A stretch of 64,000 nt of DNA from Massalongia carnosa (Eukaryota): contig OZ287083.1 in assembly GCA_965645245.1 (NCBI GenBank), forward strand, positions 1,364,001 through 1,428,000, in the 5' to 3' direction. The position numbers were made by a program, and so were the translations under genes. Within the stretch, counting starts at the first letter, position 1; each line of letters begins with the position of its first letter. Shown one piece after another: positions 15,062 to 28,078 of the stretch. The notes under the pieces are model-generated. The model did not search any database, was not told the origin of the DNA, and saw only the letters and a list, made by a program, of their open reading frames with translations.

Positions 15062-18000
15062 CTATGCAAAGTAACTCTTCCACAAAACTCCATCCAAATC
15101 CTCGGCCTGCTCCTGCGAGAATGCCTACATTTAACACGAGTTAGCCACATTGACGGTCCACACGAAGGAGATGTAGCGAGTACCTTGAGATCCATATGCC
15201 ATGTGTCTTGTCGCGTCTTCTTAAATTCGCTCAGGATGCTCTTGACGCTCTTCCCAACCATGCCGGGATCGGCGTTGGCCTTGGTAGCCAGCGTGGCCAA
15301 CACTTCTGGAATCCACTTCGGCGGGGGCGATGTGTAAGGGAAAGCTTGAACAGCAGCACCAAGCCCAAGGACCGCAGCGTGGCGGGTTAGGATAAGCTTG
15401 GCATGCTCCGGCGTGGGAGTGCTGGTGTCGGTGCTCGTTCCGGATGCTGTGCTGCGGGGCTTTTTCGGAAGTGGTGAGGCATGAAGCATCTTGGTCATTT
15501 TTCGGATGAGGATTTCCACAATGCCGTTACGGAGCTTAACAGGAGAGCATCGAATCATGCCGGAAAGCGTGGATGAAGCACCGAGGCGAACCTCAAGTTG
15601 AGGATCTTCCAACATGTTGGCAACACACTCGAAGAGCTTTTGTTGCTGGTTACGGGATAGTAAGAATAAACGGCGGAAATAGATGATTTGCATATTGATT
15701 AGCACCCGGAGTCGTTGATGCCAGAAAGGTGAAGTTTGACCAATTCGGATTAGCGCAGCAATAAGTTCAGCATCTTCACCAATTCGATGAGGTATACTTG
15801 GAAGATGCCTAAACACATGATAAGCCAACGCTTGAAGTTCTTGGTCTTCCTTAACATCCATCATGTGCAGTAGCTGCTCGATGAATACGTCTGGGAAGAA
15901 TTGCAGAAGCTGGATGCATTCATGCGAGGACAAGGTTGAGTCGAGCCATAGTAAAACTGTCTTACTGCCAGAAGTATATGATGAAGGCGTTTGCTGGCCA
16001 GGCACGCGTTCCTGCCGCCATTGCTCCAGTCGTCTGAAAACATCGTGAATCGTTTTCGAAAATTCCGTGGAAGGCTGATATGGGCGGGAACCAATCGAAG
16101 AGGCCGATTTTTGAGTTTCGATCAATGTATCCAAGTCCTTGTAAGACTCATAGTACCTGGTGCGGTAGATGGTTGCCAATGTGTGCCCCATGGCTTCACG
16201 CACCCCTTTATAAGGATGATCGATATGATCGAGAAAGTCCTTGATAATTGGCTTCTCTAATTGAAAATGCCATCCAAGATCACTTACACATTGCTGAACC
16301 AGCTGAATCCTTGAGCTTTCCTTAAAAGCCGCGTTAGAAGACATATCCAACCGAAATTTAGCGAGCCAATCTACAAGAGGCCATGAGCGCCTTGGATCCT
16401 TGCCTTGTAGCACAAAGTGAAGGAAAGTCATCCAATAAGCAGAATTCTCAGGTGTCAGGCCATCACCCAAAACCTTCTGGACAATGGGAAAGGCATATTC
16501 CCAGATCATGGTACGAACCTCAACCTTTTTGTCCATAGTAGCTGTGAGCAAAGCTGCCAGAATCTCAGCAGTGGCTCGATGCTGATGTCTATCTGAGCCG
16601 TCTCCAAATACTTTGGCGATTTCTTCTTTGATATCTGAGAGCTTCGCAGCAGTAGATCCTTCGTAGATGAGTTCGAAAGTGTAGACTAATAGCATTGCGT
16701 TTGACAAGCGGAAACGATCAGCGCCAGCATCACGAGGTTCCTGCTTGAGATAACCAAAGAAAGTAGAGAACCAATCTCGAGTCAGAACTCGACCGATTTG
16801 CGTGAGAGCTTTCTGTTCTGCTTCGTCATATTCAAGTTCGATCTCAGGATTGGCTTTGTAAGCTGGCATAGTTTTGGTCCAAATTAGCCATCCCGGATAA
16901 TCGTGGTCAACGTAGTATTCTGCGTCGGGTTGTGCAAACCGCGCGAGGAAATCCGATGTATCATCCTGTGGTGTTCGAATGTATATTTTTGCTGGAAGGT
17001 GCTGCTTATCAAGCAGAAAACTTTCATAACTATGTTGTGCGCATGCTCTTAGATCAATCAAAGAAAACAGAGCGACAAAAGCACTACAGTATAGCCCTCG
17101 CAGGCCGGGATGCGAGTCAGTTGCTCCCTGAGCAACAAGATTTATTAGTTTCTCCGAGGCAAGTGTCTCAAATTTGAGCCCAAGGGAAAGCAGTATACCA
17201 GCAGAGCGGCTTGCTTGTTTCCAGTGTGAATTCTTGGCTATGTCTACCATCTCTTCCGACAGGGCAGCCTTTTTAGCCTCAATCTGATCACGTTTTTGGG
17301 CGATGGCCATCTTCCTCTTGCTCAGAAGTGGGAACACATCCTCGACCGGAGATATTTTCTCTACGACGTCCTCGTCCAATATGACCATCCGCTCGAGCGA
17401 CCTTCCAAACTCCATGATATGCAACATGGCCGATGAACATAGCTTTTGGATAGAAGCTTTGTCCGCTGTGGTCGCAGTTATATAAGCTTTGATAACTCGG
17501 GGAGCATATCGCCAATCTCGAGTGATAGTCTTGACCAAGGACCCAAAAAGCAGCATATACAGAGCACCTTTGATTCGGGCGAAGTCGCTGTTTTCCAATG
17601 CCTTTTCCAGAGCTTGTAGTAGCGGCGGTATGACTAAATAACGCCCCCCAACCACAACCTTTAAAGCAGCTTCCGCTGTACTTTGAGCATTTCTGCGAAC
17701 TTCAGTGTAGAGCGACACACTTGACCGCGCAAGATCAAGCAGTAATTGCGTGTCAAGCTTAGATTTAGGTCTTGGAGAAGAGTTGTGCCGTACGCGCTGC
17801 AGGTGATATACGTTTGCCCTTCTTAATAACAGCGGCCTTGGGTATTGCTTTCGTAACCCACTCACTTTATATGGGCTTACGTCTGCACTCAAGAGCCTAG
17901 TCGCTCGATCAAGGGTATGGGCTGACCTTTCAGTTCCAACGTCAATGAACCATGATCGATACGCGGTGTACAAAGGGCCGAAGCATGAAACATCGTCTTC

Positions 18001-21000
18001 CTGTTTCTCGACAAGGAACTCATGGACTTTGTGTAAGACTATTCCTGCCCTCTGCCTTAGATTATGGACCTCTTTGTAGAGAGGGCTCCCTGTCTCTAGT
18101 AGATAACCTATAGGATATAGAAAGGTAGGCTTGACCTCAGCCTCCAAGTCCTCGAAGGATGCATGGGAGGGTTCGTTCTTGTGTACCAAATGCTCGTCTC
18201 CTTGGTCGTTTATCATATCTATAGCATCGCCCAGATCGCTGTTCACCTCCAGAGGATTTCTGATCACGTTGTTTGGATCAAAAAGCAGAGAAACACCAGA
18301 CAGCAAAAGTCGTAGAAGAACTAGATTGCGCGACACTTCATCAGACCACTCTTTACCAACACCATCCCTCTTGACGTTCGAGCTTCCATCCGTAAGCGCT
18401 GTCAACTGACGCAACGCGCTTTCGCCTTGGGAACTGAACAGTTTGACGGCAAACTCAATCTCTTCTTGACATGGCACATGCCATTTGATGTTGAGATTGC
18501 GAGAATCGGGTATGAAACCCCAATGTTCTGGCCCGAGACCTCCAGCGAGTATGGCTGGTTCATACAGTGCATAATCCACGGTGTACGTAACGGTAAGGCT
18601 GAGAAGCAGGTGATGAATGTAACTCGAAATATGCACTGTGGGTATACCTCTGCATTTTTGCTGCATGTAAACAGCAATGTCAAAAAGTTCATCCTTGTGC
18701 TGCAAGATAGCATCACCAACATGAACAACACACATGCTCAGCATTGTAACACTCCAGACGAGGCCCCGATCTCTTGGAAGGACATCAGTTCCTGTGTTTC
18801 GCGTTGAAGCTGCGGCATTTTCATCAATTTCCGTCCGAATTGACTGTATCAAAACTGGGACAAGACGCTTTAGAGCCTTTTTCGGATTGACCTTGCAAAG
18901 TGCGCTACAAATAAACGCCATCGCATCTCGAGCTTGATGTATGACATGATTTCCGACAAATTCTGCAATTTTGTTAAGGGCTAAATCATAGAGTTCTGGT
19001 GATAATGAGGCTAGCAAAGGAGTGAAAGTAGCTGGCAACGTATTTACCACGTTCTCTTCAGGGGAACCTGAGCGTACACGCGAAGCGTCAGGAAGGTTTT
19101 CTAGTAGAGTAAAGACTCTACCCAGGAATGAGCTCAGGAACTCGGCAAATCCTGCGGTCGATGACCGAAGGATTAACTCTTCATCGCTATCGCTAAGTTC
19201 GCTCTGGTAATCGAACTCGACATTGGATCCTTCCCTCTCCATACGGTCGACTTCAGAGGTGATCCATCCTACTGCGAGCACACTACCACTGATTTCTTCT
19301 TTTCCTTCTGTAAGATCATAAAATGGTATACTGTAGCATACTGACTGAACAAACGACAATGTGTACAGCGTTTTTTCCAGATCATTCGCATCAATACCGG
19401 GGAGCGCAAGACCAAGCATCGTGGTGACATGACATCTAAAACCTTTAGTTCGGACCATAATCCTCGAAAGCGCCTGGAGAGATCGGAGCGAAGAGGTCGT
19501 GCGATGCACCTCAACTAGACCCTGCATGGAAGGATAGATTCGTTGAAGAGCACCAGGCAATATCAAATCTGGCTCTAGATATGCTAGGCTTTGCAGGGTC
19601 GATAAGGAAAAATTCATTGCTGTACCGCTTTTAGCATATATGCCCATGAAGATGACCTCCCTTAGGCATAGAACAAAACGCCGCTTCAATGCCCCGTTCA
19701 ATTTACGTTCCTCGGGCATCTCTAGTTCCCCACTCTTTTCCCGGTTCCATCGCATAACGAAAAAATCCGCCAGGTAATACACAAGTTGAGATAGAGTCTT
19801 CGTCCATCCACCCGAATTAGATGGATGGAAAAAAGTTTCTACCGCTTGGATGAGACCTTCAAGGTTGGACAAGATTGAACCATGTTGGTCGAGACAAGCT
19901 GGAGAAAGTGACATAACGATCCAGCGTGCAATATGATGCGCAATAGGGTGCTTCTTTGGATCTCGTTCGAGCATGATAGCAAGCCCCGCAAGGTTGTCGA
20001 CACTTGCACTATACGGAGATGTTCCTTGACCAACAGGAATGTCCAACAATCGAAGAACTGCAGTGAAAATCAGGGAAGACTGGTCCCTGGTGAAGACACC
20101 GAATTGATCAAAAGGAGTGTGTTTTGCTACTAAACAATCACGAGCTATCCTCGAGAAAAGGTCAAGAAAAGTAGTATCAAATACTCTCGAACGGTTGATT
20201 AACGACCATAAGTGAAAGAGCGTTGGAAGATAATGTTGCGGCAGTAGATCCTCTTTGTCTGCCTTTGCGGGGGCAGTGGGTAGAAGCAAGTTCAAGAGCC
20301 CTGCTACAACGTAAGCGCCTTCAGTAAAAGACGTGCTGAAATAAGGTAATATCTCTTCAAGAATTGCGGGTATATCATTGGGGTCAAAGTAGAGTTGAGC
20401 AAATGTGCTAAGCCTCGCAAGCGTTCGGAAATTTTTCTTCAAGTTTGAGGTGTGAACCAAGCCTGACTCTGAAGGGAGCACAAAGAGTTTAAGCTCTTGA
20501 TACAAGGGTCTCCAATCGAGAGATAAGTCTGTGATAGGTCTCAAGTAATGCTTGCGCCTAGATATAGTTAGCTTATGAATGATCTTAAAGATTCAGTCCA
20601 AGGCTTACTTTGTGAGGACCATAAACATGCTTGAAAATCGTTCTGCCGCACTAACATCAATACCCCGAGCGAGAGCAAGCCCATAGTAGAGCCTGACCAT
20701 TTTGAGCCTTTGCTCCCTAGTAGGATCAAATTTAAGCCCCAACCAATTTCTCAACTCCTTTGTCCAGTGAACCGCCCCAGAGGCGAAGTCGCCAGCTTTG
20801 ATGGCGATGTAGAGTTGTTTGAGTATTTCATCAAAGTTATTTTGCCTCTGCGCGTTATCCTCGACCTCGTATGGTAGATACTGGAGGTAGGGGTATGTCC
20901 TTGGCCTATATCTTGCCACATCCTTATTACCAAGGGTCGCCCGTGGTTCTTCTCCTCCTGGCGATGTCGCTCGACTAAGCTCAGCCTCATCTTTCCCTTC

Positions 21001-21045
21001 GAGAGACGAGACAAGTTCGGCAAGCCTTTCGCGAGCACCTTCCAT
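15062..21045 (-). CDS. BLM10: Proteasome activator Blm10/PA200
   Basis: ~1950-aa HEAT-rich protein with ETFFHPSNSGGW, LPGIDANDLEKT, EFKKTRQDTW. Intron after MVLTK (to 20558). A final intron leads to the C-terminus ...EDLDGVLWKSYFA* (stop 15062-15064). Confidence 0.93.
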
Positions 21046-21987
21046 AGCTTAGCGGGCTGTATCCAGGGCAATGAGATCTCGTAGGAGAGATTCTTAAAGG
21101 CAATGCCCTCGTTTTAGAAGAATCGTGGAGATCCAGCGATCCTAGCAGCAACTTTTATCCTGCACATAGAGGTTAGAGATCACTAGCAAATATAGGTGAG
21201 AGGATTGAAACGAGTTCCGAAGACTCAACATAGCCAAAACAGTACAATCAGAAAGCAGTGAAACAATAGAAATTTATGAAATTATTCGGACCTGGACTTT
21301 TTAGCAAAGCATTGGTGACAGATAAGACAGTTACAGTTATAGATCAATGGTGAAACTGTGAGTCTGCGCAATGTTGGGTTTGTTGCCTGTTTGATAGCTT
21401 TCCATGTACTTGTACCGACTGTCAACCGGCTATCGCGCGAAAAGCGTGAGCTTGGCCAATGCACACTGCAAGGCTAGCTACATACCGGATTCGTCAATTC
21501 TGCTTCTGTACCGTATTGTGAAGACACTAGCGTAAGAGGAAGTGCAGCTGCATCTACAGTGTGATCGATGATTGTGAGAAAGACTGTATGGTTTTAGTTG
21601 TAAAATGAATTTGTTGTAGAATCAAGTGGTTTTTGACGTTGGACCATCTCTAAGGCAACAGCTCCCACGCAATCCATTGCCACTGACTCGAGGCATTAAG
21701 ACAATGCGCCTTGATTTCAAATCATCTGCCGAGTAATGAATCATCATAGAACACCAGCTTCATCACTATCTATAATCCGTCATGTTGATTTACATATGTC
21801 AATTCGTGCTTAATTTTGCAGGCCATGGGGAAGCGCAGAAATAGAGGGAACGATCAACATCATTTTACAGCTTCCTTACAGGTAAATTTCTCACCATCAT
21901 CATCCGCTCTTTGCGAATCACGCTAGTAACTCGGAACTTGCCTTTTATGAAAGTGGCGTGGAAAACTCAAGTAAGGCATATCTTGTG

Positions 21988-23489
21988 CTATGCAGGCGGG
22001 AGGAAGCTTGCGAACAGACCATCTTGAATCAGTGCATACAACACCATCCATCTAACTATTCCCTTAGCAATATTCAAACTTCTCCCGAGAAATTTAACAT
22101 CACGGTCTTCCAAAATCGTTGATGCTAACCACCAGTACCAAACGGGGTAGCCAGAGGAGAGTCGAGTGATGATTTGGACATGATAGGTGGTCAATGCAAG
22201 CGCTGCGAGGACGATCTGCGGAGCTGCAAGACATTGGACTATCCATTGACGTTGTGCCAGGTCCAACCGAGCCTGGATTATACTTTCTCTGTCTCTGGTT
22301 TCTTTTACCATCCCATAATCCAGCATTGTGTACGACATGAACGGTTTGAGGGAGGAAACTCCTAAGATGAGAAGCATTGGTGCTGCTAAGACAAACAAAG
22401 GAAAGTTGGAAAAAGTCCAATACTTGAAAAACCCAACTTGCCTGCATATTGTAAGCGCCGATGGAACAAGTCGATTGTATGAAATTACCAATAATGGGTC
22501 TGAACCCATGCATAAATGCTTGGGACTCGATGCAGACACCAAGGCCGTGAGTCTTCGGCCTCGTTTTTCTCCACGCAGTAATTTATAAAGGCGAGATACT
22601 GCGGTAATGTAGCCCAAATAACCAGAATACCTCCTCCAAGCACGACAAATAGCAGTCGGCGGAGACTATAAAAATGTTGAGAGCGGGTTTTGAGTTCCGT
22701 AAGGACTCGTATTGCTTCGAAGCCAAAGACTAACCCACTCAACAAACCATTCCCTCTAAATGTAGTGGCTATTCCGAAAAGGACTCCACAAGCTAGCAAT
22801 AGAATGTCCTTCATGCCTTTTCGGCCTGTAACTTCTTTATCTAGACTTCTTGCATAGAGGTAGAAACCCATGAAGTTGAAGAATGAAAAGGAGCTCTCTG
22901 CATAAGGTGCCGACAAGAAAACTCCGGCGGGGGATATTATGTGAAGAATGGCCGCTCCAAAAGCAATATTGGCCCGTTTGGTATCAGATATGGCAGGGTA
23001 TACGATCTCTGTTAAATGGTACAGTGTGAGACATGAAAGAAGATGAAAGCTATGTGAAAGCAAGATCCCCGCCACTATTTCTGCGTTGAGTGGTCCCCAG
23101 CATCCAGCATAACTGACACCTTCGCCATTTAGCAAGCGCTTAGCATGTTGAATTTAGAAATGCTGACCTGTTGCGACAAAGGCGAGCAGTTTAGTGAAGC
23201 CCCAACCAAATGCCCATTCCTGCTCGAACAACACTCCACGGTTAGCGATCTGGATGAAGTAGATAGCATCCCATCTAACGAGTTTTTCACGTAGCCCGAG
23301 TAATTTGATAGTTGCTTTAGCGTGGCCATGTCTGTACCCTAGCAGCGCGGCAGAGGTATCATATCCTAGGCCGGGGCTTGTGGCGGCGATTGTTAATAGG
23401 AGCGCTTTCCAAATAATGAAAAATAGTATCAAAGTAGTCATTGGGCGACTTGACATCTCAGTCGAAAAATCCAGTTGAGCATTACGCAT
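21988..23489 (-). CDS. GPI18: GPI mannosyltransferase 2 (PIG-V family)
   Basis: RWDAIYF, EQEWAF, SPAGVFLSAPYAES, FRGNG, VGFFKYWT..NFPLF, HVQIITRLSSGYP, C-terminal FASFLPPA. Two introns. Start is ATG 23489 or the next ATG ~33 nt downstream. Confidence 0.92.
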
Positions 23490-23636
23490 CCTTTTGTGCG
23501 GAGTGAAGGGCGAATGGCTTAGATGATTTGATCATGAAAAAGCACAAAATAGTTATATTAGAACCTTAAGTTCTTTACATGTACCCGTGACATATCGCTT
23601 AAGTACTCTATATTCCTTCCACAGATCTCTTCAAAA

Positions 23637-25525
23637 ATGGAGGGCACACTGGCAACGCTCCCGCTAGAAATAGTGGCTAGAATCATTTCTTGCTTTGAAA
23701 CAGCTCGTACATTAATCTATTTTTCCTTAGCATGTAGAAGGATATACGATTATGTTGAAAGAGATGGATTTCGCATTTTCGTGCAAACCTGCTTCCCCTC
23801 AATTAAAACTCCTCCCAACTGGAAACCAGCAGCACATGCCATGACTACACTTTCAAGAAACTGGGATCGAAGGGCTTTTGTTGCACGATATCTAGTACCC
23901 AGATTCAGAAATACACCTCCAAGAAGGAGAGATCAGCGTGGACACAGCCCTGAAAGGCCGCCAGGAGCGCAGACAATAGCCTATCGACCTGTAATTGATA
24001 GCTATGAAGAATGGATGGGGGGCACCTGGGCTTCAAGAAAACAGATTTTGGCTTGGGGCGCAGGCCCAGAGCTAATTATTCGTTCAAAGTATATGGGGGA
24101 TATGGCAAAAAAGCACCCAGAGGATGAGCTAGATGTAAGACGAACAGACAACTGTTTCGCTCCGCATGCGCAGATATCCATATGGACTTCATACAAAGCC
24201 AATGGACAACTCGAGGGACGCGATGATATTACCTGTCTAAACTTGCTCCCATCGCTAAACAACTCTACAGAAGATGAAGAATCTATAGTGGTAGGAAGGG
24301 CAAGTGGTGCACTGACTCTACTCAACGTCGGGACATTGCATTTACAAAGCCATATAGTAACTGAATTTGATACCGCCCAGCGCCCAGTCCGATTAGCGAC
24401 TGCTAACGAAGCATCGAAGCCCTTGCTGGCGGTCTGTTTATCTAATCGTAGCCTTGCTCTTTACTCTGTTGGTGCAAATGACAGGACTACTAAACCATCC
24501 GATGAAACCCTCATATCGCTACCTAATCAGCAGGGCAAAACTTGGTCCACAAAGTTTCTACGTAGCGATCGCCTAGCGGTAGGGGTTGGACCTTCTGATG
24601 AACCCATACAAGTCTATAGTATCGAGCCAGATGGATTATCCGAATATCCCTTACGCAGGTTTGGGTGCGACTCTATTGTAACTACAGCAGCGAACGGAAC
24701 TAGTGTTACCTCGGTTTACTCCCTTGCCCCGATTGCTACATCTTCTTCCGCAGGAGGTGCTGAGGGTGATTTATTTTTGAGTGGTGCTCATGATGGAAAC
24801 ACTAGGCAAGTTCAACCTTGATGCTACCTTTTTCTTTTGGGTAAGGAATCTTACATTCTGGGCATAGGCTTCACGACTTCCGTTGTCCAGCTCCATCTGT
24901 AGCCGTTTATACCGATGGGATGGATGTATCATCTTTTGGCTACTCGGTTGTGCCATTTGGCCGTGAACGATTTATTGTCGGTAGTTCCCAAAACGCCGTA
25001 ATAAAAATCTTCGACCTACGCATGCCTGGAGGCAAGGTATATTTTGCTCCAGACGTCGACCGATGTTGTATCAATTTCCCTCATGCTCCACCATCAAAAG
25101 AGAAAGGCTCTGCAAACTATAAATATGATTATGGGTGCGAGATGAAATATCGTGACTGCAGCATTTTTCTTCAACCATCGCGGAGAGGCCAGGCGAACGC
25201 ACGACGCCGTACGGCTTCGCCTGTCTATTCACTTTCATCTCCCTCGCCTTGTTCACCAACATTTTTTGCTGGTATCGAGGGTAAAGTATTGGAAATCGAT
25301 GTCGTTTCAGTCATGGATCGGCATCCTGACACGATTTTCGGAAAGGGGTCAGAGAGAGTAGGCGGTAGCATTTTGGACGTAAGACGGAAGTGGGATCCCT
25401 TGTCGAACGTACTATGCTTGCCGATGTTTGAAGAAGTAGGAAGCAATATTTGTATAAGGACACAGCGCCCTGTTGGTGTTATGGGCACCTCGCCACGAGG
25501 GCGAGACGAAAGATGGCCTGAATGA
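23637..25525 (+). CDS. F-box protein with C-terminal WD40-like beta-propeller region
   Basis: N-terminal LATLPLEIVARIISC F-box-like motif. WD-like segments (FLSGAHDGNTRLHDFR, IKIFDLR). The two ORFs join in frame through a GC-AG intron at 24806-24867. Confidence 0.75.
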
Positions 25526-25964
25526 ATGATAGAAATCTAGTAAAGGTAGCTGTCAAAGAACCGGAAAGACATAGCGTATATATTTTGGCAGCTCGCTCAC
25601 TATCATTGCCTTAATTCTTGAATTCGTCGTTCCACAAATGTATGCAAGAATTTTTTGAGTCGAACTCGAAATACATAGACTCTCACAAAGTCCAGGTCTG
25701 AAAGCAATAAGCCTATATCTATTCATGTACCTTTCAGTGATGTCTTATCGGCACTAGATGAAAACAAAAACTTATGCGCATCCTCCCCTTCATGTGTTTG
25801 TGGTCGAAGGTTTGGTGTGCCACAAGACCGCAGGTGACTGAAACGCTCTAGCTGCTGTGTCCATACATAGACACCTGAATTGTCTTTTTGCGCCTCCCGT
25901 CGCCAAAAAAGTCATCATGAAGATCCAAGTTACGGAGACCCTGCGTTGATCATGCTCCCCGGAG

Positions 25965-27557
25965 ATGCCAAACCAGGAAGCGCATATCGACTGGAGACCA
26001 AATGAACAAGAGTATCTTCTCTCGCCACATGATGAAATGAACGAGATGGCGAACTTGAGTCAAGATAGTCGTCGGTCGCGCCCTGAGACTGGATATACGG
26101 AGGAGGTCGGGCCCGAGGGAACCTTCGGGACGGAGCCTGCTCGATCGCCTTTCATCGAGGCGAACGGAAGCCGGCAGGTGGTCTACAAAGTCTACAAAAG
26201 ACGCTGGTTCGGCCTGCTGCAACTTGTTCTCCTGAATATTGTGGTGAGCTGGGACGTAAGTAACCAACCATTCATCGCGAAGGAGAAAGGGTAGAAGGAG
26301 AACAACATCTAACCCGCCCAGTGGCTCTCTTTCTCTCCTGTCTCCAATACAGCAGCAACGTTCTTCTCCACGACCCCAACAATTATAAACTGGTTAAGCA
26401 CTGCCTTCCTTTTCGCCTTCGTTGCCGCGTCCCCGCCCACCCTCTATGCCCTCCACGCCGGTGGTCCCCGCCTGGCAATCCTCGCCTCCTCCCTCTTCAT
26501 CCTTCTGGGAAACTGGCTCCGCTATGCTGGTACCCGCTGCGCCCCTCCTTCCTATTCTCTCACCATGACTGGTCAAATCCTAATCGGGCTGGCGCAGCCC
26601 TTCGTCTTGGCGGCGCCCACGCACTACTCGGACCTCTGGTTCTCACCCGCAGGCCGTGTCTCCGCCACCGCCCTCGCCTCGCTTGCGAACCCTTTTGGCG
26701 GCGCCCTGGGACAGCTGATAAACCCCTTCCTCGCCCCTCATCCCGGAGACATCCCAAAAATGACCCTTTACGTTGCCATAATCTCCTCCCTCGCCACCAT
26801 CCCCTCCATCTTCCTCCCCGCCCGACCCCCAACCCCCCCCTCCCCCGCCTCCACAATCCACTCGCGCCCCTCGCTTCGTAAAACCATCCTCCTCCTCGCC
26901 ACCTCCAAGCCCTTCTACCTCCTCCTTCTCCCCTTCGCGACCTATGTCGGCCTCTTCAATTCCCTCTCCTCCCTCCTCACGCAGATTCTTACACCTTACA
27001 ACTTCTCCGAATCCGCCTCCGGTATCGCCGGGGCCCTGCTCATCCTCGTCGGCCTCCTTGCCGCCGCCATCTCCAGCCCCCTCGTTGACCGCTCCAAAGC
27101 CTACCTCCCCTTCATCAAGGTCCTTGTGCCCGTCATCGCCGTCGCCTATCTTGCCTTCATCTGGGCCCCCCAGTCCCGCGTCGCCGTCTCGTCCTACGTC
27201 ATCCTTAGCGTCCTCGGTGCCGCCAGCTTCAGCCTCGTGCCCGTCGCACTCGAGTATCTGGTCGAAGTCACGTTTCCCGCTGGGCCCGAGGCCGGAAGCA
27301 CTATCTGCTGGTCAGCGGGCCAGCTGCTGGGGGGCATCTTCATCGTGGTGAGCGATGCACTAAAGGCCGGGAAAGGGGCGGACCCGCCGTTTCATATGCG
27401 GCGAGCGCTGGTGTTCCAAGCCGTTGTTGCCATGACCGTGGCGCCGGCTGCGATGACGTTGGGATGGATTGGTGGTGGGGTGCGGACAGGGAGGCTGGAG
27501 GCTGATAAACGGGGCAGGGAGCGGGAAGGGGAGGGAGGTCCGGGGTCGGGGTCGTAG
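25965..27557 (+). CDS. MFS transporter, FLVCR/DIRC2 (SLC49)-like
   Basis: YKVYKRRWFGL, GQILIGLAQPF, WFSPAGRVSATA and about 12 hydrophobic segments. Intron 26256-26321. Confidence 0.85.
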
Positions 27558-28078
27558 ATATGTCGGCTAGGCTTATATACTCGGCTATTGGTAGGAGATC
27601 TAGTGATCGGGATGTAGATGTGTTTAGTGTGTAAGATACCCTTTTCTCCTTCTCTTCCTTCTACACCAATATTTTCATCCAGGACTTTCCCTAATTATAT
27701 CCAAACCGAGAAAAATTAGAAGGGACATGTATACACGCACATGAGAGCGTTTTTAAGGAAATGAAAAATGAAAAATGAAAGTCTTCTTCCCACATTCCGT
27801 TTCTCCACTTCGCCTTACCTTGACTTGCTGATGTTATCTATTAGATAGATAGATGAAAGAATCGATGAAGAGAAGGGGATGGATGGATGGGGATGAGTTG
27901 ATATGTATGTACAAGGCCTCCCCATTTCACTCCCCTGAGCCACGCAATAATCCCTGTCCCTCTCCGTCTTTCATATAGAAACTTTACACAGTTACACCCT
28001 CAGCCCTTGCCCGCACCAAGTTTCTGAGATACTCGCGTTATAGTAAAGCGCTCTTGGGGGTGGTGCGGAAAAAGGCTC

